Part shown: positions 57,634 to 64,000 of the stretch, piece by piece
Numbering within the stretch: position 1 is the stretch's first letter
Layout: every line of letters starts with the position of its first letter
Origin: an uncultured Selenomonadales bacterium
GTDB lineage: Bacteria; Bacillota; Negativicutes; Selenomonadales; Selenomonadaceae
Direction: 5' to 3'
DNA length: 64,000 nt
Assembly (NCBI GenBank): GCA_900314765.1
Contig: OMWN01000010.1
Span: 2,854-66,853 of the forward strand
Program-made: the position numbers and the translations under genes
Notes under the pieces: model-generated
Databases searched by the model: none
Told to the model about the DNA's origin: nothing
The model's input: the letters and a program-made list of their open reading frames with translations, nothing else

Positions 57634-58764
57634 ATGACACAGCGGTGTGATATTTCTGAGTTGCAGCCTGGCATGATACTTGACCGTACAATTTTTGATG
57701 ATAATGGCCGCGTGCTTCTCGAGGCAGGCACGGTCATTACGGACCTCATCATATCCATGCTTCAGCAGCGGTTTGATGGAAGCTATATGGCCGCATTCAT
57801 ACGCTCGCCGAAAAAGGAGCTCGCGGATGTGGTTTCAGCGTCGGACGGTCAGCCTGTCGCGCCTGACCCGAAAGACGATGTGATGCTCGATACGGATTAT
57901 CTTTCTTTATATGACACGGTCATGAGAGAAATGCAGCATCTTCTCGAGGCGGCGCGTGAAAACAAGACGCTGAACCTCGACGAGATCGGCGGCTTCATTG
58001 CGGCGGGTCACATAAACGATATATGCGACGGCGCGAGAGCCGTGACGCAGCTGCACAACATGCAGCGCGACAACGACTATCTGCTGCATCACAGCCTGCA
58101 CGTCGCCATATTGGCAGGGCTCATGGGCAAATGGCTCCGCTGGCCGGCAGAACATCGCGAAAGGCTCCTGTTGGCAGGACTCCTGCACGACATCGGCAAA
58201 GTGAAAATCCCGCAGGAAATACTCGACAAAAACGGCAAACTGAATGCTGATGAACAACAGGCCATGCGCATGCATCCGCAGTACGGCTACGAAATGCTGT
58301 GCGAGAGCGGGCTCGGCTCGGAGCAGTCCATCGTCTACGGCGTGCTTCAGCATCACGAGAGGCTCGACGGCTCTGGCTATCCGTATGGCATAAAGGGCGA
58401 AGAGATCAGCGACTTCGGGCGCATCCTCGCGATACTCGACATGTACGACGCGCTCGCGGCCAATCGCTCATACGATCACAAGAAGTCGCCGTTTGATGCG
58501 TTCGACATCATATTTGCGGATATGATGGCGGGAAAGCTCGACGCGAAGTATGGCGTGCTCTTTGTCAAGAAAATCTGCCAAGCGCTCATCGGCAGCTGGG
58601 TCAGACTCGCGAGCGGCAAAAAAGCGAAAATCGTTTACATCGACCAGAGCCGCACGAGCGCTCTGCCGATTGTCGAGACCGAGGACGGAGAGTTCTGGGA
58701 CATCGCGACGAAAAAAGATGAAAAGATTGTCGAAATGATGACATATCAAGAAGCGTTGAATTAA
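57634..58764 (+). CDS. HD-GYP domain protein (probable c-di-GMP phosphodiesterase)
   Basis: LLHDIGK and HHERLDGSGYPYG motifs. Confidence 0.88.
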   Translation: MTQRCDISELQPGMILDRTIFDDNGRVLLEAGTVITDLIISMLQQRFDGSYMAAFIRSPKKELADVVSASDGQPVAPDPKDDVMLDTDYLSLYDTVMREMQHLLEAARENKTLNLDEIGGFIAAGHINDICDGARAVTQLHNMQRDNDYLLHHSLHVAILAGLMGKWLRWPAEHRERLLLAGLLHDIGKVKIPQEILDKNGKLNADEQQAMRMHPQYGYEMLCESGLGSEQSIVYGVLQHHERLDGSGYPYGIKGEEISDFGRILAILDMYDALAANRSYDHKKSPFDAFDIIFADMMAGKLDAKYGVLFVKKICQALIGSWVRLASGKKAKIVYIDQSRTSALPIVETEDGEFWDIATKKDEKIVEMMTYQEALN

Positions 58765-58852
58765 AAGTTGAAATAAAAATTGAAATAAAAATGAGGTTGT
58801 TTCTTTTGAGCTTAGGCTATAAAATGTACGGTGTGAAAGAAACAATCCGTTG

Positions 58853-58879
58853 GGGCGGATGTGATTCCGCCCTTTTTTT
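58853..58879 (+). terminator. Intrinsic terminator after the HD-GYP gene
   Basis: GGGCGGA (58853-58859) pairs with TCCGCCC (58866-58872), followed by TTTTTTT. Confidence 0.8.
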
Positions 58880-58911
58880 ATAAATAAGTGGTTTTAATAG
58901 AGGTGCTTTTC

Positions 58912-61029
58912 ATGGCTATCGTGCCAAAGCTGAATACGATGACGTTTGACGAGGAAGTGCCGTTCAAGGTGGTGGCCCCTTTTGAGCCGATGGGCGATCA
59001 GCCAAAGGCCATAGACGACCTCGCGCAGGGCGTGATGGCCGGCATGGATGCGCAGGTGCTTTTGGGCGCGACGGGCACAGGCAAGACGTTCACGATCGCG
59101 AAGGTCATAGAAAAGGTGCAGAAGCCGACGCTCGTCATAGCGCACAACAAGACGCTCGCCGCGCAGCTCGCGAGTGAGTTCAAATCTTTCTTCCCGAACA
59201 ATTACGTCGGGTATTTCGTGAGCTACTATGACTACTATCAGCCAGAGGCGTACATCCCATCGACAGACACGTACATAGAGAAGGATGCGTCCATCAACGA
59301 TGAAATCGATGAGCTGCGTCACTCGGCAACGTGCTCGCTGTTTGAGCGGCGCGACTGCATCATCGTCGCGAGCGTGTCGTGCATCTATGGCCTCGGCTCA
59401 CCGGAGAGCTATCACGAGATGGTCGTCTCGCTGCACAAAGGGCAGGTCGTTGACAGGGATGACATACTGAGAAAGCTCGTGTCCATACATTATGAGCGCA
59501 ACAACATCAATCTCGAACGCGGCAAATTCCGCGTCAGAGGCGATGTCATTGAGGTGTTCCCCGCGGGCTACAACAACAGAGCCGTCAGAATCGAAATGTT
59601 CGGCGATGAGATTGACCGCATTCTCGAGTACGATGTGACGACGGGCGAGATTTACGGCGAAAGAACACATTCGATGATTTTCCCTGCGTCGCACTATGTC
59701 ACGTCGGACGACGATATGAAAATCGCCGTCGGCACGATAAAGGAAGAGCTCGACGAGCAGCTCGCGTTTCTCGAAGGGAATGGGAAAATGCTCGAGGCGC
59801 AAAGGCTGAGACAGCGCACGAACTACGATCTCGAAATGATGCAGGAGGTCGGCTACTGCTCGGGCATAGAGAACTACTCGCGCCACTTGACGCACAGGAA
59901 AGCGGGCGAGGCGCCGTACACGTTGCTCGATTATTTCCCCGAGGATTTTCTCATCGTGATGGATGAGTCGCACGTGACGATGCCGCAGCTGCGCGCGATG
60001 TACGCGGGCGACCATTCGCGAAAGGAGTCGCTGGTCGCGAACGGCTTCAGACTGCCGTCGGCATTCGACAACAGGCCGCTGACGTTTGACGAATTTGAGC
60101 AGCGCATCAATCAAATCATATATATTTCAGCGACGCCGGCGGACTATGAGCTCGGCAAGGCACAGCAAGTCGCCGAGCAGATTATTCGCCCGACGGGACT
60201 TCTGGACCCCGTCATCGACGTGAGGCCGCTTGAGGGGCAGATAGACGACCTCATGGGCGAGATACGTGCGCGCACGGCGAGGAATGAGCGCGTGCTTGTC
60301 ACGACGCTCACGAAGAAGATGGCGGAAAATCTCACGGATTATCTCAAAGAAGCGGGCATCAGAGTTCGCTACCTTCATTCTGACATCGCGACGATAGAGC
60401 GCGCGAAGCTCATACATGATTTGCGGGCGGGCGTGTTTGATGTGCTTGTCGGCATCAATCTTTTGCGCGAGGGCCTCGATATGCCGGAGGTGTCGCTCGT
60501 GGCGATACTCGACGCGGACAAGGAAGGCTTCCTGCGTTCGGACACGTCGCTGATACAGATCATCGGCCGCGCAGCGCGCAATGAGCACGGCGAAGTCATC
60601 ATGTACGCGGACCGCGAGACGGACTCGATGAAGCGAGCCATTGACGAGACGAAACGCCGCCGCATGGTGCAGGAGACGTATAACAGAGAGCACCACGTGA
60701 CGCCAAAGACCATCGTGAAGCCTGTGAAGGAGCTCATAGAGACGACGCTAGTCGCCGAAGACGCGGCAGAGTATGTGACGGACGGCACGCGCGGCCACAA
60801 GAAGCACAATATGACGAAAAAGGAAAAGCAAGACCTCATCATGACGCTGACGCGCGAGATGCAGCAGGCGTCGCGCGCGCTGGAGTTCGAGCATGCGGCG
60901 GAGCTGCGCGATATGATATTCGAGCTCGAGGCGTCCATGAAGGAAAAAGGCGCAAAGCCAAAATCGTCTGTGTCGAGCACATTGAGTACGAAGAATAAAC
61001 GCATTGCGAAAGGAAAGAGAAATACATGA
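58912..61029 (+). CDS. uvrB: Excinuclease ABC subunit B
   Basis: [10 protein letters not shown] helicase motif I, DESH, and the C-terminal UVR motif ([11 protein letters not shown]). ATG at 58912 with an AGAGGTG RBS. Confidence 0.95.
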   Translation: MAIVPKLNTMTFDEEVPFKVVAPFEPMGDQPKAIDDLAQGVMAGMDAQVLLGATGTGKTFTIAKVIEKVQKPTLVIAHNKTLAAQLASEFKSFFPNNYVGYFVSYYDYYQPEAYIPSTDTYIEKDASINDEIDELRHSATCSLFERRDCIIVASVSCIYGLGSPESYHEMVVSLHKGQVVDRDDILRKLVSIHYERNNINLERGKFRVRGDVIEVFPAGYNNRAVRIEMFGDEIDRILEYDVTTGEIYGERTHSMIFPASHYVTSDDDMKIAVGTIKEELDEQLAFLEGNGKMLEAQRLRQRTNYDLEMMQEVGYCSGIENYSRHLTHRKAGEAPYTLLDYFPEDFLIVMDESHVTMPQLRAMYAGDHSRKESLVANGFRLPSAFDNRPLTFDEFEQRINQIIYISATPADYELGKAQQVAEQIIRPTGLLDPVIDVRPLEGQIDDLMGEIRARTARNERVLVTTLTKKMAENLTDYLKEAGIRVRYLHSDIATIERAKLIHDLRAGVFDVLVGINLLREGLDMPEVSLVAILDADKEGFLRSDTSLIQIIGRAARNEHGEVIMYADRETDSMKRAIDETKRRRMVQETYNREHHVTPKTIVKPVKELIETTLVAEDAAEYVTDGTRGHKKHNMTKKEKQDLIMTLTREMQQASRALEFEHAAELRDMIFELEASMKEKGAKPKSSVSSTLSTKNKRIAKGKRNT

Positions 61030-63875
61030 ATGAATCAGAAAATGTCATCCGCATTCGTGGCGCGAGAGAACATAATCTGAAAAATATAAATGTGACGATA
61101 CCGCGTGACAAGCTAGTCGTCATAACGGGTTTGTCCGGCTCAGGCAAATCATCGTTGGCGTTCGACACGATATATGCCGAGGGACAGCGCCGCTACGTGG
61201 AGTCTTTGTCATCGTATGCGCGTCAATTCCTCGGGCAAATGGACAAGCCAGATGTTGACTACATAGAGGGCCTGTCGCCTGCCATTTCGATTGACCAGAA
61301 AACGACGAGCCGCAACCCGAGGTCCACGGTCGGCACGGTGACGGAGATTTACGATTATCTGCGTCTGCTTTTTGCGCGCGTGGGTCACCCGCATTGCCCA
61401 AAGTGCGGCAAGCCCATCACGCAGCAGACGATAGACCAGATGATTGACAAGATAAAGGAGCTGCCCGAGCGCACGAAGCTCATGATCATGGCGCAGGTCG
61501 TGCGCGGCAAGAAGGGTCAGCATGAGAAGCTGCTTGACCACATCAGGCGCGAGGGCTATGTGCGCGTGCGGATAGACGACGAGGTATATGACCTCGGCGA
61601 GGAGATAAAGCTCGACAAGAACAAGAAGCACACGATAGAGGTCGTCATAGACAGGCTCATCGTCAGAGAGGGCATGGAGCAGCGCCTTGCCGATTCGCTC
61701 GAGACGGCGACGAAGCTCGGCGGTGGCGTCGTCTATGTGCAAATCGTCGGCGGCGAGCTCTTGATGTTCAGTCAAAACTTCGCCTGCGTCGATTGTGGCA
61801 TCAGCCTGCCCGAGATTGCGCCGCGCATGTTCTCGTTCAATAATCCGTATGGCGCGTGCCCGGAGTGCGATGGCATCGGCAGCCACATGGAGTTTGACAT
61901 GTCGCTCGTCATTCCCAATCCTGAGCTCACGTTCGCGGAGGGCGTCTTTGCGCCGCTGTCGAAAAATCCTGCGTCGTATGCGATGTGTCAGATAGAGGCG
62001 CTCTTGAAAAAATATGGATTCACGCTCGATACGAAATGGAGCGATGTGCCGAAAAAAGTGCAGAAGCTTCTCATCGAAGGCTCTGGCGACGAGGAATACG
62101 AGTTCGGGTACACGAACATGTTTGGCGAATATCGCCTGCACACGAGCGCGTTCGAGGGCGTGATGCCGCTTCTTGCGCGTCGATACAGGGAAGCGGACTC
62201 AGACACGATGCGCGAGTTCTACGAGAATTTCATGACGATAGAACCGTGCTGGGCCTGCCACGGCGCGCGACTGAAGCCCGAGGTGCTCGCTGTGACTGTC
62301 GGCGAAAAAAATATATTCGAAGTGACGAACCTCACGGTCAAGGACTGCGACGCATTTTTCAGTTCGCTTGAGCTCACGCCGCGCGAGCAGAAAATAGCGG
62401 CGCAGATTTTGAAAGAAATACACGCGCGGCTCGGATTTCTCATTCATGTAGGGCTCGACTATCTGACGCTGTCGCGCGCAGCGGGGACGCTGTCGGGCGG
62501 CGAGGCGCAGCGCATCAGACTCGCGACGCAGATAGGCTCTGGTCTCGTCGGCGTGCTGTATATTCTCGACGAGCCGAGCATCGGCCTTCATCAGCGTGAC
62601 AACGATCAGCTTTTGGCGGCGCTCAAGCATCTCAGAGACCTCGGCAACACGTTGATTGTCGTCGAGCACGATGAGGACACGATGTATGCGGCGGATCAAA
62701 TCATAGACATCGGTCCGGGCGCGGGCGAGCACGGCGGCGAAATCGTCGCACAGGGCACGGCAGAGGAGATCATGAAGGTGCCGGAGTCCATCACGGGCCA
62801 ATATTTGTCGCGCCAAAAATATATCCCCGTGCCGAAGGAACGGCGCAAGGGCAACGGCAAATTCATCGAAGTCGTTGGCGCGGCGGAGAACAATCTCAAA
62901 AATATCAATGTGAAGTTCCCGCTCGGCGTGTTGACGCTCGTCACGGGCGTGTCGGGCTCGGGCAAATCGACGCTCGTCAATGAGATATTGTACAAAGGCA
63001 TAGCGGCGCGGCTGTATCACGCAAAGGGAAAGCCAGGCCGCCATAAGGCCATCAAGGGCCTCGAAAATATTGACAAAATCATAGACATCGACCAATCGCC
63101 GATAGGCAGGACGCCAAGGTCGAATCCTGCGACGTACACGGGCGTGTTTGACTACATTCGTCAGCTTTTTGCCGCGACGAACGAGGCGAAAATGCGAGGC
63201 TACATGGCGGGCCGCTTCAGCTTCAACGTCAAGGGCGGCCGCTGCGAGGCGTGCAAGGGCGACGGCATCATAAAGATAGAGATGCATTTCCTGCCGGACG
63301 TCTACGTGCCGTGCGAGGTCTGCCACGGCGCGCGGTACAACAGGGAGACGCTCGAGGTGAAATACAAGGGCAAGACGATTTCCGACGTGCTGAACATGAC
63401 AATAGAAGAGGCCGTTGAATTCTTTGAAAACGTGCCGAGGATAGCGAACAAGCTCAAAGTCATACAGGACGTCGGGCTTGGCTATGTGAAGCTCGGCCAG
63501 CCCGCGACGACGCTGTCGGGCGGCGAGGCTCAGCGCGTGAAGCTCGCGACGGAGCTCTCGCGCCGCTCGACGGGCAAGACGCTCTACATTCTCGACGAGC
63601 CGACGACGGGACTGCATACGGCGGACATCGCGAAGCTTCTGTCGATACTTCATCGCCTCGTCGATGGCGGAGATACGGTCATCGTCATCGAGCATAACCT
63701 CGACGTGATAAAGACGGCTGACTACATCATCGACCTTGGGCCAGAGGGTGGCAACGCGGGCGGCACGATTGTCGCAGAGGGCACACCTGAGGAGATTGTC
63801 AAGGTCAAAAAATCATACACGGGGAAATATTTGAAGCCCATGCTGAAAGAAAAATTTCCTAATCCGAAAAAGTAA
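61026..63875 (+). CDS. uvrA: Excinuclease ABC subunit A
   Basis: Two ABC modules ([18 protein letters not shown]; LSGGEAQR twice) and zinc-finger cysteines. It overlaps uvrB by 4 nt. Confidence 0.96.
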   Translation: MNESENVIRIRGAREHNLKNINVTIPRDKLVVITGLSGSGKSSLAFDTIYAEGQRRYVESLSSYARQFLGQMDKPDVDYIEGLSPAISIDQKTTSRNPRSTVGTVTEIYDYLRLLFARVGHPHCPKCGKPITQQTIDQMIDKIKELPERTKLMIMAQVVRGKKGQHEKLLDHIRREGYVRVRIDDEVYDLGEEIKLDKNKKHTIEVVIDRLIVREGMEQRLADSLETATKLGGGVVYVQIVGGELLMFSQNFACVDCGISLPEIAPRMFSFNNPYGACPECDGIGSHMEFDMSLVIPNPELTFAEGVFAPLSKNPASYAMCQIEALLKKYGFTLDTKWSDVPKKVQKLLIEGSGDEEYEFGYTNMFGEYRLHTSAFEGVMPLLARRYREADSDTMREFYENFMTIEPCWACHGARLKPEVLAVTVGEKNIFEVTNLTVKDCDAFFSSLELTPREQKIAAQILKEIHARLGFLIHVGLDYLTLSRAAGTLSGGEAQRIRLATQIGSGLVGVLYILDEPSIGLHQRDNDQLLAALKHLRDLGNTLIVVEHDEDTMYAADQIIDIGPGAGEHGGEIVAQGTAEEIMKVPESITGQYLSRQKYIPVPKERRKGNGKFIEVVGAAENNLKNINVKFPLGVLTLVTGVSGSGKSTLVNEILYKGIAARLYHAKGKPGRHKAIKGLENIDKIIDIDQSPIGRTPRSNPATYTGVFDYIRQLFAATNEAKMRGYMAGRFSFNVKGGRCEACKGDGIIKIEMHFLPDVYVPCEVCHGARYNRETLEVKYKGKTISDVLNMTIEEAVEFFENVPRIANKLKVIQDVGLGYVKLGQPATTLSGGEAQRVKLATELSRRSTGKTLYILDEPTTGLHTADIAKLLSILHRLVDGGDTVIVIEHNLDVIKTADYIIDLGPEGGNAGGTIVAEGTPEEIVKVKKSYTGKYLKPMLKEKFPNPKK

Positions 63876-63884
63876 GGTGGCAAT

Positions 63885-64000
63885 ATGACAGACATTGTCG
63901 CTGAGAAGCTGGCGCTCCTGTCGACGTCGCCCGGCGTCTATATTATGAAAAACGCGCAGGGCAAAGTCATTTACGTCGGCAAGGCCGTCGTGCTGAAAAA
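63885..64000 (+). CDS. uvrC: Excinuclease ABC subunit C, N-terminal fragment (continues beyond the window)
   Basis: [34 protein letters not shown] is a GIY-YIG domain start. Confidence 0.85.
   Translation, partial: MTDIVAEKLALLSTSPGVYIMKNAQGKVIYVGKAVVLK

Noticed and set aside
58768-58791. Tandem repeats considered as a CRISPR array or other repeat array.
   Set aside because: There are only two A/T-rich 12-mers and no spacers. No repeat-spacer architecture occurs anywhere in the window.

Overview
This 64-kb chromosomal window is about 55% GC by eye. Its gene content and order look Firmicute-like: ispH-rpsA, DUF512-der-plsY, cmk-plsC, smc-ftsY and uvrBAC. It also carries an outer-membrane autotransporter, so I infer a diderm Firmicute (Negativicutes, Selenomonas-like); this is not proven. 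Most of the window is housekeeping:
- DNA metabolism: topB, dnaE, smc, uvrB/uvrA/uvrC.
- Translation: glnS, leuS, rpsA, der and two pseudouridine synthases.
- Lipid and isoprenoid metabolism: plsC, plsY, ispH.
- Amino-acid and nucleotide metabolism: lysC, an AspC-type aminotransferase, aroA, cmk, uraA.
- Others: alr, ftsY, an ABC importer and an HD-GYP protein.

The accessory-looking part is roughly 6-22.5 kb. It contains the following:
- A Na+-symporter/alr/orphan ATP-grasp ligase unit.
- A six-gene polyamine operon that combines the AdoMet-dependent route (speD, speE) with the aspartate-semialdehyde-dependent route (carboxy(nor)spermidine dehydrogenase and decarboxylase), plus arginine decarboxylase and agmatinase. 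An unknown exported protein is attached to the end of this operon.
- A large autotransporter interrupted by one in-frame TAG, with an AT-rich mosaic passenger segment.
- A frame-broken YbjN-like acidic protein.

The most interesting non-coding signal is a ~160-nt rod-like structured element present twice in direct orientation (9966-10125 and 22285-22445). The copies show compensatory base-pair changes, and each is followed by an intrinsic terminator. I could not assign it to any RNA family I know.

Other non-coding structures:
- A ~250-bp MITE-like element with GC-rich hairpin ends (27573-27822), plus a solo related module in the speD leader.
- A ~255-bp inverted-repeat/structured insert between a near-consensus promoter and rluB.
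- A decaying 33-nt tandem duplication of the 3' end of a pseudouridine synthase gene.

I saw no CRISPR array, tRNA, rRNA, prophage or recognisable defence system. All calls rest on reading the translations and sequence by eye; no database search was possible.
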